Shown here: in pieces, positions 1 through 14,590 of the stretch
How the letters are laid out: each line of letters begins with the position of its first letter
Numbering within the stretch: position 1 is the first letter of the stretch
DNA from: Octopus vulgaris
Taxonomy: Eukaryota
Direction of reading: 5' to 3'
Length of the DNA stretch: 64,000 bases
NCBI GenBank assembly: GCA_951406725.2
Contig: OX597831.1
Location: forward strand, 19,654,001 to 19,718,000
Translations under genes and position numbers: made by a program
Notes under the pieces: model-generated
What the model was told of the DNA's origin: nothing
The model's input: only the letters and a program-made list of their open reading frames with translations
Databases searched by the model: none

Positions 1-1990
1 AGTAGTGGTCCCAAAACAGTGCCCTGCGGAACACCGCTCATTATTTACGTGTTAATGGAAGTGGCCCCATTGGCTACTACCACCTGACTTCTATCTTTCA
101 GAAAGTCATGAAGCCATTCTCCCAGTTTTCCAACTATGCTAAGATCACGCAGTTTGTGACATATCATTCCATGATCGACTTTATCAAAGGCCTTTGCAAA
201 GTCGAGATATATCACTTCCACATTTGAGTGGTTGAGCAGTCGTTTCAGCACCCAGTCATAGTGTTGTAGGAGCTGAGTTAAGCAGCTTCTTCCTGGTCGG
301 AAACCATGTTGGGTGTCAGGCAGCAAGTCATTTTCTTCAAGGAAGGTGATCAGTTTCCTTCTGACTATTCGTTCCATGACCTTGCTGATGTGTGAGGTCA
401 GAGAGATAGGTCTGTAGTTCTTGGCCTCCGCTCTGCTACCTCCTTTATGAATAGGGCATATTTTACCTTCCTTCAGTTTTCTTGGAAGTTTGCCAGCTGC
501 AAGGAAGCTCTGAAAGAGGAACTGCAGTGGTCTTGCTAGGACTCTCTTACATACTTTTAGGAGGATTGCCGGGAATCCATCGGGGCCAGTAGCTGAGTCC
601 GTTTTCATTTCATCTATTGCCTTTATTACATCGTCTTCCTTTATATCGATGTAATCTATCGTCGCTGCCTCTGATTTTATATCTGCAGTGGTAAAGAAGT
701 CAGTTGGATTGGGGATTTGGAAATGCCCTAGGGGTGGAGTGAAAACACTCTTGAATTTCTCATTCAGTATTTCACTTACCCTCACTGGTTTTCCTCTGAG
801 TGTGCCATCCTTTTCAAGGAGTGGCCCTATCCTACAGTGCACCGTATCTGTTTCTTTGGCATACCTGTAGAAAGCTCTGGGGTTAGATTTTATGTTGTCT
901 ATAGCCCAGGCTTCTTTGTCTGCTCTTTCCTTTTCATGGGAGAATTGCAGACATTTTTCAATTTCCAACAGTTTTATTTTCAGGCGGGACTTTTCACTGC
1001 TTTCAATTTGTTTGTTTAGGCGATTTGAAATTTTTGTACGCCGTCTCATTAAAATTTTCCTCTCTTTGGGGATTTTGTTCTTGTGTACAGTGGCCTTTCT
1101 CTCTGGGACACATTTGTAGCATATGGCTTGCATTACAGACATGAATTGTTGAAGTTTCACGTCGATATCTGGCGAGGAGAGACATTCAGGCCAGTTTTGT
1201 TTGAGGATCTCTTTCTCAATTTGTTTCCAGTTTGCCTTATAAAGTTCAAGCTGGAAAGATTCTGAGGGTTTCTTGTAGGCTGCATGTCCATGCTTTCCTT
1301 TGGCCCGTACATGGTCAGCTCTACCATGTTGTGATCCGAGAGTAGTGTCGGTGTCACTTTCACATTATGGATGAGATCCATATTATTTCTGAAGCAGAGA
1401 TCCAGTGTGTTACCTGCCCTGGTTGGTTGGAGTATTACTTGCTCCATGTACAGGGTGTTGATGAGGTTCAGGGGGGACCTCGCCTGTCCTCGTTCTCATC
1501 TTGTCATTCCTGGGAGAGAAAGGCCCTCGGACCATCTGACATTGGGTAGATTGAAGTCTCCCATAAGAAGTACACTTATGTGTTGTTCTAATGTGATTAG
1601 AACTTCTATTTTTATAAGGCAGTCTTCAAACTTGCCTACATGGCTTGGGGCATCTGGAGGGCGATATGTAGCACACACAACTACATCAAGTTGCCTTATA
1701 TGTGCAATTAGTGTGTCACACACCGAGTTTGAGTATGACAAAAGGACCTGGGGTGTGAGGTCCTCATGGATGTACATAGCAACTCCTCCATGACTCCTTT
1801 CTTTTCTGTCGGTCCGTAGTACAACATACTGTGGTATGTGTAATTCCACATCTGCTATGTCCGGTTTCAGGTGCGTTTCCGTTAGTGCTATGCATAAGGC
1901 TTGATTGCATGCAACAAAGTCTCTCAAGAACGGGATTTTTGTCCTGTTACTGAGTGTTTGCAGTCCTCTGATGTTCAGTAGGAGCATCAT
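1..1990 (-). mobile_element. CR1-clade LINE ORF2 (APE endonuclease + RT), frameshifted, runs off window start
   Basis: ORF 1496-1990 has APE motifs (LLNIRGL, LTETHL, YRPP, MGDFN); 1157-1447 has PTR..NTLDL and SDH; 45-1160 has RT motifs GPDG, NYRPISLTS, QHGFRPGRSC, YLDFAKAFDKV. Confidence 0.93.
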
Positions 1991-2014
1991 ATATAATCGC
2001 TCATATATATGACA

Positions 2015-2305
2015 CTCTTTTGTTTACGACTACAAGTGTTCCTGTTGATTTGATCAATGGACGGAACAGCCTGCAAGTGTAATATTAACGAGCAAGTCGC
2101 TCAGTAATCCAGTACTCTTAACATAGTTCTCAGGGAGATTCAGCATGACACAGATTGCAACAAGGCTGGCCCTTTGAATTCGAAGTACTACTCACCTTCA
2201 CCTGCAGCATTGTGAAATTTTGCTCAAGGGAAAAAACATGCCACGTAGGGTTGAACTCTCAACTTAGTGATCGCGAGCCCGTTAACCTAATAGGCCATGC
2301 GCTTT
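2015..2305 (-). mobile_element. tRNA-derived SINE (family B), degenerate
   Basis: Reverse complement resembles the SINE at 24985-25310 (tRNA-like head, 'gctgttccgttgatc' body). Confidence 0.6.
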
Positions 2306-2560
2306 CATATATACGTATATATATATATATATATAATTAATCAATATAGGGTGGCAAAAAAAATTTTGTAGAATTTTTTTGCCACCAGCGGCCTAGTGGG
2401 AAAAAATTAAATAGTCATAGACCATTTATAAGTTCAACATCACAATCAAGGAACGGCCATAATAGGCCATTCACCCACTAGAAATAACAGCCAAAGCTTC
2501 AACCGTAAAATAACATTAATTCCGTAAACCAGGAGAAAATTAAAAAACATTTACCCTGTA

Positions 2561-2667
2561 ATTTCTTATACGATGCACCGTTTCATCTACTGTTTAATGG
2601 TAAACTAACCTGATTAAATTAAATCAAGCCAATCTTCCATAGGCCCTTAGATTCCTCAGTAAGAAAT
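2561..2667 (-). ncRNA. Type I hammerhead ribozyme (intact core)
   Basis: Reverse-complement copy of the HHR at 3105-3211. Confidence 0.85.
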
Positions 2668-3104
2668 AGCCAGAACGGAACAGATATTAAACAGTAGATG
2701 AAACGGTGCATCGTATAAGAAATTACAGGGTAAATGTTTTTTAATTTTCTCCTGGTTTACGGAATTAATGTTATTTTGCGGTTGAAGCTTTGGCTGTTAT
2801 TTCTAGTGGGTGAATGGCCTATTATGGCCGTTCCTTGATTATGATGTTGAACTTATAAATGGTCTATAACTATTTAATTTTTTCCCACTAGGCCGCTGGT
2901 GGCAAAAATTTCTACAAAATTTTTTTTGGCACCCTATATTGATTAATTATGAATTTTCTGGTTGATTCCGTAATGGAATCGGCGGCTTATATTTATTTGC
3001 TGCCGATAAATTTGGCGCGAGTGCGATGATTTGAAAATTTTAGGTCAGATATTGCCGAGGCAGGGACAGAAATGCCTCGTGAAAATATCTGTTCCGTTCT
3101 GGCT

Positions 3105-3211
3105 ATTTCTTACTGAGGAATCTAAGGGCCTATGGAAGATTGGCTTGATTTAATTTAATCAGGTTAGTTTACCATTAAACAGTAGATGAAACGGTGCATC
3201 GTATAAGAAAT
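3105..3211 (+). ncRNA. Type I hammerhead ribozyme with extended stem II
   Basis: Stem I ATTTCTTA/TAAGAAAT; core CTGAGGA (3113-3119); stem II ATCTA..TAGAT; GAAA (3188-3191); self-complementary stem III A-CGGTGCATCG-T; GUA triplet, predicted cut after 3203. Confidence 0.88.
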
Positions 3212-3328
3212 TACAGGGTAAATGTTTTTTAATTTTCTCCTGGTTTACGGAATTAATGTTATTTTGCGGTTGAAGCTTTGGCTGTTATTTCTAGTGGGTG
3301 AATGGCCTATTATGGCCGTTCCTTGATT

Positions 3329-4539
<1,211 letters not shown>

Positions 4540-5097
4540 AAGGTCTCGTCGCGATTCATTTTTATCGATCTTATCCTTGGATTGATTCCTCTTCTTATTT
4601 CCCCAAAACACGATTCTATTAAACCGATTCATGCACATTAATTTCCGATATTAACTCTTATAAAACAAACTGTCAAAAAACAATTTAATTGTAATTTTAA
4701 TTTTATGGTTCTTGCCTAAGCTTTGGTCGATGGTTATTGAACATAGTAAAGATTAAAGGCTATCGAGCCGTACCCAACATGGTTTTTGTCTTGTTTGTTT
4801 GTTTCTTTTGTGTTTTTGTTTTGTTTTTTAATTCTCAACTTTGTATTATTTATCGAAGATTGGAATGAAAATGCTTCTAATCTGATAGACATTTCCATCT
4901 CTTACGATAAATGTACTGTCCGGAGTATGAAGAACTTATACAAGTACCTTCTCGTTGAAAACCCCAAAATCCTAATTCCGAGTGTGAAAGTAAAAATACC
5001 ACCCATGAAATATGGAGCACTATTGGTACTCCGTCGGTTACGGAGTTTCTAGTTGATCCGATCAACGGAACAACCAACTCGTGAAATTAATGCACAA

Positions 5098-5260
5098 GGC
5101 GTGGGAGTGGTTGTGTGGTAAGTAACTTGCTTACCAACCACATGGTTCCGGGTCCAGTCCCACTGCGTGGCACCTTCGGCTAGTGTCTTCTACTATAGCC
5201 TCGGGCCGACCAAAGCCATGTCAGCGGATTTGGTAGACGGAAACTGAAAGAAGCTCGTCG
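5098..5260 (+). mobile_element. tRNA-derived SINE (family A), 5' part
   Basis: A/B-box-like head 'gtggttgtgtggtaag..ggtccagtccc'; same body at 20003, 36670, 40865, 44352. Confidence 0.8.
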
Positions 5261-5666
5261 TATATATGTGTATATATATATGTTGTTGTTTTTTATTTTA
5301 AGTGTCAAATTTAGCCCCAGCACCCTGAGCAACCTCCTTTCCACGCAACACATATCTTATAAAATAATCTTCCGTTGGCACAGCACTTACTGAGTTCATT
5401 AATCTTCCAATTAAAAAACGCATTTCGAAAAACATAGAACAAATGCTCCTTTAAGACGAATGTGTGTTCATAATACATTTGTTTCGATATAGTAATGAAT
5501 CGGTTGTGTTAAGAACATATATTCATCGTAAAAGAGTCGTTGTCCTCCTGTGACGAACTGAGTAGCGATTAGAAAATGTTCGTCCGAATCAGCCAGAATG
5601 ATTTAAGAATAAATAATATGCAAGCGATCGTTGTGAATTTCGCTGTTCACCGTGCATACGTCGATT

Positions 5667-5705
<39 letters not shown>

Positions 5706-5710
5706 TATTA

Positions 5711-5768
<58 letters not shown>

Positions 5769-6027
5769 GTTTTTTCCTTCAAATTTTCTTACATTTCTCG
5801 CCGAGGGTTTTCCATACACCTAGGGCAGAGAAGGGCATTGTATGCATTCCCAGATTACACGCGCAAATTCACCGATAAAATATGTATTTAAAAATTAATA
5901 AATAAATAAATTCATGGATGGATGTTATTTTCACAGCGATAATGCTCTTCTCAGTACATGAGTCGTTCCAGTTAGTACGATTTTTTGCACTTCCTGTTGG
6001 GATGGTAAGCCTGGAATCATTTTCAAT
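5769..6027 (-). mobile_element. R4/Dong-like LINE 3' fragment (subfamily 2)
   Basis: Minus-strand translation LKMIPGLPSQQEVQKIVLTGTTHVLRRALSL* is homologous to the C-terminus of ORF 6231-6470; bounded by (TAA)n. Confidence 0.8.
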
Positions 6028-6057
6028 ATTATTATTATTATCATTATTATTATTATA

Positions 6058-6132
<75 letters not shown>

Positions 6133-6135
<3 letters not shown>

Positions 6136-8385
6136 TAGTTTTATTTTTTATAGCGTGCTTTCACTTCACTACCGAGCGCAGCTCTGTGTGCCTTGGGTGT
6201 GTGCTGTAATTTGTTGTGATGCTCTGATGGTTATTGTATGGAAAGTGTTCTGCGTAGGATGTGTGCAGTGCCTATTAGTGCAATTTTCTGTATGTTATAT
6301 GTGTTTGTAAGTCCTGGTGTTTTTGTTATGTACTTGTCTGAATATATTTTTATCATGCCTAATGCACCTACTATGATAAGAATTGTTTCTGTTTTTAGAT
6401 TCCACATTCTGGTTACCTCTATTTCCAGGTCTTTGTATTTTGAAAGTTTCTCCATTTCTTTTAGAGACACGTTGTCATCTGCCGGTATTGATACATCAAT
6501 TAGAAAGCATTTTTTTCTTCATGATCTCTGACAACTATATCTGGTCTGTTGGCCTTAATTTCTCTATCTCTGTGTATCGGCATATCCCAGAGTATGGTTG
6601 CTTTCTCGTTTTCTGTGACCTTTTCTGGTGTGTGCCTATACCATCTTTTTTCTGTTGTTATTCCATAATGTTGGCATAGCTTCCAGTGTATGTAGGTTCC
6701 AACTCTGTCATGTCTGTGAATATATTCCTTCTTAGCCAGGACTGGGCAGCTAGACATAATATGATTTATTGTTTCTTGTCCATCTCCACATATTCTGCAG
6801 TTACTCGTTATATTTCTTTTCATTACATGTTTTTGGTAATTTCTGGTGGGGAGGTTTTGGTCTTGTGCTGCAATTAAGAATCCCTCTGTTTCTGCTTTGA
6901 GTCATGAGCTTCTCAACCATTGCTGGGGTTTTTCTTTGTCTATTTCTTTTGCATTTAGTTTAGTCCAGTATTTACCATGAAGGGACTTTTCTTGCCATCA
7001 TTTTATCATGGTTCTTTGCTGTTCTAGTTTTAGTTTGGATTTCATTTGTTTTATAGCTTTTGTTGTTTCTTCATCTTCTTCTTCTTCTTCATATTTATTA
7101 GGTGGTATGATTTCTTGTTTGTATTTGTCAGCTTCCTTAAATACTGAGAACAGTTTTTTGTTTTGCTCGTGTTTTGCCGCTATTTGTATCAGTTTTCCTT
7201 CTTTCTGAAGTAGATATTTTTGCAGTCCTATGGTGGTTATTTTATAGTAGTTTTCCAGCTGTATAAGTCCTCTACCACCTTCTATACGTTGTATATATAG
7301 TCTTTCTATGTCAGATTTTGTGTGATGCATCCTAGATCCTGTCATTATTTTTCTTGTTTACCTATCTATTTTGATCAGTTCATTTAGTGTCCAGTTAAGG
7401 ATATTGTAGCTGTAACTTATAACTGGGACAGCTAAAGTGTTAATACCTATTATCTTATTTTTAGCATTGATTTCTGTTTTTAGTATTGATCTAACTCGTC
7501 TATAATATTCTTTTTTTATTTTCTCTTTCATTTGTGTGTGTTGTGTCTTATCTAGTTCGTGGATTCCTAAGTATTTGTAAGTTTGGCTTTGGTCTAATTC
7601 TTTTATTTCTTTGGTTGTATCTAGTGTGATGTTGCTACTCTTAACTAGTTTTCCTCTTTTCAGGGTTACTTTGGCGCATTTTTCTAATCCAAATTTCATA
7701 TCTATTTCTTTGGTAAATCCATGAACTGTCTTTAAAAGTGTTTCCAGCTGTTTGTCATTTGCAGCGTATAGTTTTAGGTCATCCATATATAAAAGGTGGC
7801 TGATCGCTTTGCCGTAACGTTTATATCCGCATCCAGTTCTATTTAGCATATCAGATAGAGGTGACAGTGCCAAGCAGAAAAGGAGTGGAGAGAACGTGTC
7901 TCCCTGGAATATTCCTCTTCTAATGGGGATGGCTTTGGTTTTCATGAGTCCCTCTTTTGTTTGGAGCTGTAGCACTGTTTGCCATTTATTGATAGAGTGC
8001 TCTATGAATTTTATAATTGTTGGTGCTACTTAGTGTTTCGAGGATCCATGTGTGGGGGATGCTATCAAACGCCTTTTTGTAGTCAATCCAGGCCATACTG
8101 AGGCCTTTCTTCTTTCTGTGGCTGTCTTCAGTTATGGCTTTATTAATCCTTAGTTGATCTTTACAGCCATATGAGCCTTTGCGGCATCCTTTCTGCTCTT
8201 CTGGAAACAGGTTGTTTTCGTCCAGGTGCTAGTTCAACCTTTGCGATATCACTGCAGTAAATGCCTTGTACATTGTAGGGAGACAGGCTATTGGTCTGCA
8301 GTTTTCTGGTTTTGCTGTCTCATTTGATTTGGGATTTAAGATGGTTTTCCCCTTCGTGAGCTATTCAAGCAGTGTCTCTTCCAAT
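6133..8385 (-). mobile_element. R4/Dong-like RLE non-LTR retrotransposon, 5'-truncated, frameshifted (subfamily 1)
   Basis: RT motifs RGIFQGD and LYMDDLKL (7358-7975); CCHC finger CRICGDGQETINHIMSSC, RHD, PDIV and KYKDL restriction-like endonuclease motifs (6231-6823); 3' end abuts (TAA)n. Confidence 0.92.
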
Positions 8386-8419
8386 CAGTTAAGATCAGAA
8401 GCCATGAAAATTGTTGCTA

Positions 8420-8495
<76 letters not shown>

Positions 8496-8511
8496 CATTA
8501 TTATTATTATT

Positions 8512-8941
8512 CTATGTTTGACTTTTGCTTTATGTCTGTACAAGTTGGCTCCAAGTCTCACCCAGAGACCTCAAGAGACAACAGGTTGGAAGTTCACGTT
8601 GTTGTTATGCCTAGTGTGCCATATATTTGGGGGTTTTTTTTTTATGCTGTACTAGTGAATGTGTAATACATAAATTTTATTAAAAAATGTTTGTTTTAAA
8701 CCTTGGGATTACATAGAGAGTATTTTGCGTAGGATATGAGCAGTTCCCATGAGCACTATCTTTTGAATTTCTGCCATTTTGGGGTTTCCTGGTATCTGAG
8801 TTAGGTAGCAATCAGCCCCTTTCGCTATCATTCCCAGGGCACCTATGACAATATGTATTGTTTTAGTCTTCAGGTTCCACATTTTGCTGATTTCTATTTC
8901 AAGATCTTTATATTTGCTCAGCTTTTGGTAGGTCTTGACAG
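8512..8941 (-). mobile_element. R4/Dong-like LINE 3' fragment (subfamily 3)
   Basis: Translation KLSKYKDLEIEISKMWNLKTKTIHIVIGALG..IQKIVLMGTAHILRKILSM*; (TAA)n on both sides. Confidence 0.85.
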
Positions 8942-9088
<147 letters not shown>

Positions 9089-9577
9089 TCATCATTTGAG
9101 ATTTTTTACAAAAGAGTATCTTTATCGCACACGAGAAAATGTTGTCTGTACTACAAATGACAAACACCGAGATAGTTCAAGAAATTATTGTTCTTGGCCT
9201 ATGTATCATCGTAGGCCCTGTTGTGATGTTAGCCGATTGTTGTTCTGACATTCCACCAATTGTTTTCGCGGGGGTTTTTTTGCCACAGCGCTCTAGGCAG
9301 CTGCTAGTTCTGCTGACTGCCAATCTTTCTGTCCAGACTAATGTCAGGCGTACGTCGTCTGCCAGTAGGAGCCGACATATCGTAACGGGTTTTGCTCAGA
9401 AAAAAGCATACCAAAAATAGAATTGTTGTTAGGTCCGTTTCCATATGAAATCTTGAATGGTCAGATTTCTTTTATGACGTTGGGAATATTCTTGCATATC
9501 GCGATCGTATACTTCAGTTATAAATTTTAGCCATCGGTTATATTGATCCGGGTTCCACTGCTAAATATTCTTTCTGG

Positions 9578-9697
<120 letters not shown>

Positions 9698-10026
9698 ATA
9701 ACACCTACGAAAAGGAATTACATTACATTTATTTTGTTCCTTTGATGAGATAAAGAAGGAAAGAAAAATGGGCAACAACTCTAGCCAGGCTGTCTGAGAT
9801 AATGAAGAAATCCAATACGTAAATTCGTAGATCAAAGAATATTTCCAGTTAAATATGATAAACAGCTTAGAATTTAGTAATGGATAAAAGAAAGGCTGGG
9901 CACTACATACTTATCTAGTCGTACACAGACTCAGACATGCTCACATTTCATTAAAGATGTACAACAACTTATTAGCTTACACCTGCCGACACACACATAG
10001 ACAGACAGATGGATAGATAAATAGAT

Positions 10027-10076
<50 letters not shown>

Positions 10077-10085
10077 GTAGATAGG

Positions 10086-10131
<46 letters not shown>

Positions 10132-10362
10132 TAATCGTCTGTCTAAGCACATGAATGTAAACGTAAATGAAGGGGTTTGTAAATTCAAATACGCGCCAAC
10201 AACCATCATTATAGACCTCTTGTCTCTCTCTTCATGCACCATAAGCGGATATATATTTGCATGTATCCGACGTTTCTGTCGGATACATACATACAAATTG
10301 GTGAACACTATATATGTGTGTATGAATATATATATATATATACATACATATATATATATACT

Positions 10363-10398
<36 letters not shown>

Positions 10399-10541
10399 TA
10401 TATGGCTACATGGTGTCACCGACTTTGTAAACAACATGAAATACGAAAACAACGACAGAAAAGGAAATCAGGACAAGTAAACACAGAGACCGACCATCTA
10501 TCAGTTATCGACTGTGTATTTCCTCCTCATTTCGAGCATTC

Positions 10542-10585
<44 letters not shown>

Positions 10586-10591
<6 letters not shown>

Positions 10592-10935
10592 GAAGAGATT
10601 CTAATCAACTGGAAGGAGTACCGTTGGACAGTTATTTCTTTAATCACTACAATTGTTTCCATACAACGTGATTCCCTGATATACAGCTATTTGATAATGC
10701 AACTGTTGGTTTTTTCATAATGAAATCCAGTTGTTTTTCCTTAGGTTATAATCAAGTGATGTCTCTGTTAGTTTGAAACCTTCCACTTGAAGGCCAACCC
10801 ATCCCACGGCAGGATGGCCTTGAAATCGAAGATTTTAGACTAACGGAAACAACACTTGAATGTCACCTGAGGAAACACAACTAGATCTCGTTAGGGAAAT
10901 GAACAGTTGCATGATTAAATACTTATAGTTGTGTA
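10586..10935 (-). mobile_element. Penelope-type terminal remnant with core-deleted hammerhead (10642-10673) and diverged inverted repeat (10680-10935)
   Basis: Minus strand AATCAC..GAAA-CAATTG-TA-GTGATT gives stem I, GAAA, palindromic stem III and GUA, but CUGANGA is missing; about 115-bp imperfect arms. Confidence 0.55.
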
Positions 10936-11091
10936 GAACCATGTTTGTATGTATGTATGCATATATGTATATACATACATACATATGTATTAGCATAGCA
11001 AATGACCTGATCCGAGATCACGTACTGAAACTAAATCAAGTGCAGCGTGAAACACAAAAACTGTTGGATTCACTTCAACGTTTAATTTTGA

Positions 11092-11134
11092 TTTGCCAAA
11101 ATATTTTCGTCGCTTTCAGATCCACCGACCTCAC
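11092..11134 (-). ncRNA. Hammerhead 3' half (remnant)
   Basis: GTCG..CGAC stem II, GAAA, palindromic A-ATAT-T, then TGGCAAA; 5' core absent. Confidence 0.35.
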
Positions 11135-11293
11135 AAAACACACTGCAATTGTGCTTGCATGTGTATATATATATATATATATGAACATGTACCGGAGTAA
11201 ACACATAAATGTGAAACAAGGTGGAAAAAAGAGTACTCAAATACCAGTGGTAGAGTAATATGCTTTATTTAAAGCAGCAAAAAATTCAACAAA

Positions 11294-11334
11294 ACTTGTT
11301 ACTCTGAGTTTCCCGTTGCCGTTCGTCGGACAGT
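11294..11334 (-). ncRNA. Degenerate minimal hammerhead
   Basis: ACTGT-CCGACGA-ACGGCAACGG-GAAA-CTCAGAG-TA-ACAAGT; U4C core variant, imperfect stem II. Confidence 0.55.
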
Positions 11335-11467
11335 TTTTGCTAGAATGGAACCGATATGTGAAATCTATCCAGACTATTACAAACGCTACACCTTTAAAAA
11401 ATGGACTTGTTTGATTGGCCCTTTAGAAATAACGGCCAATTATCGAGCTATAAACAAAGATGAGTTT

Positions 11468-11537
<70 letters not shown>

Positions 11538-12028
11538 TAAAAAATATAAAAAATATAAAAATATAAAAATATATTAAAAAAATATTTTTTAAAATATTTA
11601 AAAATATAAAAAAAATATATTAAAAAATATATAAAAAATATATAAAAAATATATTAAAATATAAAAGTATTATAAAATTCGAGGAAAAACCTTACTTTGA
11701 ATAAAATACATATTGACCTTAATGAAGGAAATATAATTAATACATGGAACTTGAAATGCATTAAAAATATGCATTAAAAATATAACACAGCAACACATAT
11801 TCATATTAAAGTATACGTATATATCAACATACATAGAATAGATGCGTGCGAACCCCATACATATACAGAGGTATAAATATAAAGCTAAAATATACACGCA
11901 AATGCGTGTATACATATGTATACGCAATCTAGCTCGCACGCAAGCTAAAATCATAGTAAGTTAAGTATCTTTCGTATTTACAAAGCAAAGTTTAGGGCAT
12001 GAGTGAGTGAGATGAGCGTGAAGTATAT

Positions 12029-12074
<46 letters not shown>

Positions 12075-12079
<5 letters not shown>

Positions 12080-12512
12080 TAGAGATAAAACCACTATTAG
12101 GCAAATCATACAATGAAAAACTTAAGCCAACACATAAGATTATTTAATTTATATTATTTAAATATATAACAAAATTATTAAAAAAATATAATTAATATAA
12201 CACTACGATCGTTTCATGGCTGTTAATTTCTTTAAATTTTCGAGTTACAGTCATTCGTCAGGTGGATTAAATATTTAACTTGGCGAGGTTTAATCAATGA
12301 ACTTTTTTTAATAATTTTGTTATATATTATTTATTTAAATAATATAAATAATATAAATTAAATAATCTTATGTATTGGCTTACGTTTTTCATTGTATGAT
12401 TTGCCTAATAGTGGTTTTATCTCTAATCTAATATAATATAATATTTTACTATAAAATTGGATTCAATCCTAAATCTGATTTTTTCCTGTAAGTTTGGATT
12501 TATTCCCTAATA
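12075..12512 (-). mobile_element. AT-rich non-coding inverted-repeat hammerhead element in (TA)n
   Basis: Arms about 12077-12185 and 12303-12427 are reverse complements; same family as 26970-27220 and 30605-30805; HHR in the centre. Confidence 0.8.
12201..12264 (-). ncRNA. Type I hammerhead ribozyme
   Basis: CAC-CTGACGA-ATGACTGT..ACAGCCAT-GAAA-CGATCG-TA-GTG: intact core, palindromic stem III, GUA site, short stem I. Confidence 0.8.
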
Positions 12513-12514
12513 TT

Positions 12515-12585
<71 letters not shown>

Positions 12586-12590
12586 TATGC

Positions 12591-12634
<44 letters not shown>

Positions 12635-12682
12635 ACAGATAGATAAATAGAAACACTCACATACACTAACACACACACACAC

Positions 12683-12726
<44 letters not shown>

Positions 12727-12821
12727 TACAGGAACATATATATGTAAGACTGTGCATTAATGTGATGTCTATATAAAGACTCGCACTGCATATCTTTAGA
12801 TTATGTATAGGCGTGTGTGTG

Positions 12822-12960
12822 GAGGCGTAATATACCAGTGGTTAGGGCAGCGGACTCGCAGTCATAGGATCGTGATTTGGATTCCCAGTCAGAGCGTTGT
12901 GAGTGTTTATTGAGCGAAAACGCCTAAAGCTCCACGAAGCTCCGGCAGGGGATGGTGCTA
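12822..12960 (+). mobile_element. tRNA-derived SINE head (degenerate)
   Basis: 'cagtggttagggcagcggactcgcagtc..tttggattccc' tRNA-like sequence. Confidence 0.5.
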
Positions 12961-13145
12961 GGGAGACAACAGGCCGAGGCTCTGATTTAACACTGTAAAG
13001 CGAAGCACTTTATGGACATGTAATCCAGGATAAAGTCATAGACTCACCATATCTATTTTTATCTCTCTCTCTTTGCCTTTCTCTCTCTTTCCTACTCTCT
13101 GTTTCTCACTCTCTCTCTCTTTCTCTCTCTTTATATATATATAGA

Positions 13146-13262
13146 GGCTAGGCGTGGCTGCGTGGTAAGAAGCTTGCTTCCCAGCCACATGCTACAGTGT
13201 AGCACAAAACGGCGGTGCATCAGCATGGCCGCAGCTCTGAGCTGAAACAAGCAAAAAAAAAA
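13146..13262 (+). mobile_element. SINE-A head interrupted by a CR1 3'-tail fragment
   Basis: 13194-13247 is essentially identical to the CR1 3' end at 33257-33310. Confidence 0.7.
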
Positions 13263-13324
13263 ATATATATATATACACATATATATATACATACATATAT
13301 ATATGTATATATATATATATATGC

Positions 13325-13391
<67 letters not shown>

Positions 13392-14478
13392 TATGTGTGT
13401 GTGTATATTTACATGCATGCACAGCTATACATACATATATATATATATAGTGCATGAATGTGTGTTTGTATGTATGTATGTATGTACGTATGTATGTATA
13501 TATAATACACTCATATATACAGACATGTATGAATACAAATTCATATATGAATACATATATTGAAAGAGAGTGAAAGAGAGAATGAGAGAGAGAGAAGGGG
13601 TGAAGTAGATAGAAAGACAGATAGACAGATACATACATATGGAGGTTTGTATCGTTTAACCAGCTCCTTCCTCAGAGGAATTTTTTTTTTTAAATTAAGA
13701 ACATAGACAAAAGAAGATTAATTGAAAGCATACATCATATAATAAAGTTTCCACTTAAGCGATCACAGCCTTAACAATACCACAAACAAGCCGAATTTTG
13801 ACATGTGTTGAATGTATTATCAGCAAAGGCAAACTGCAAAATGTTGCTGACTCAGTCACTAGCGTCCAACTCTTTATACTGAATGAAGATGATAATACGC
13901 TACGCATGTTTGCTTATATCGAATCTAGTTTTATGGATTCCAGAACATCTAACGGAAGATTGATGCCAAAGTTTACATTTCATCAACATAGATGAAGACC
14001 AGCATAGTAAAATGCTAAAATATATTGCGTTCCTTATCTCATTAGATTTTGCTTAATTAATTAGGTTATGAACAATTAATGTCTGTATGTAAATATGTTT
14101 CCTTTCACGTATGCATATTTGTCGATGGTTTATCTCTCTCATTATAAATATTCCTCGGAGCCAATTTCTTCCATGTAATCCACTATTTTTTGTCTTTTAC
14201 CATAAATCTCTAATTGGAAATTATATTTCCTTTCCCTCTTTGTTTTACTCTCTTTTGGATTATCAGTCCCTTCATACACCTGCTTTTAACTATGATCCCA
14301 TTTGCTTAGTAATCAAGGATTGCTCTACAAGTCTTTGTTCAACGCTGTTTTGAATCATGTCTGATGAGCGTGGAATTTGACTCAATGTGTAACGTAATCT
14401 ATAATATTTTATTGTGTAAGCATTAAACTTTTCCAGCGAAGCAATTGTCGCAAAATTTTAAACCGTTCGGTGTGTGTA

Positions 14479-14520
<42 letters not shown>

Positions 14521-14590
14521 TGTGTCTGTGTCTGTGTACGTGCGTTTGTGTGTGTTATATACAAGGCAGGTCTATTAAATTCTAGATTAA

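Noticed and set aside
5468-5533. Minus-strand GATGA..GAAA-CAAATG-TA hammerhead-like string
   Set aside because: Core and stem I are both mismatched in AT-rich sequence; may be chance
14360-14385. CTGATGA motif (also at 63548, and CTGACGA at 39160)
   Set aside because: No matching stem II-GAAA-stem III arrangement
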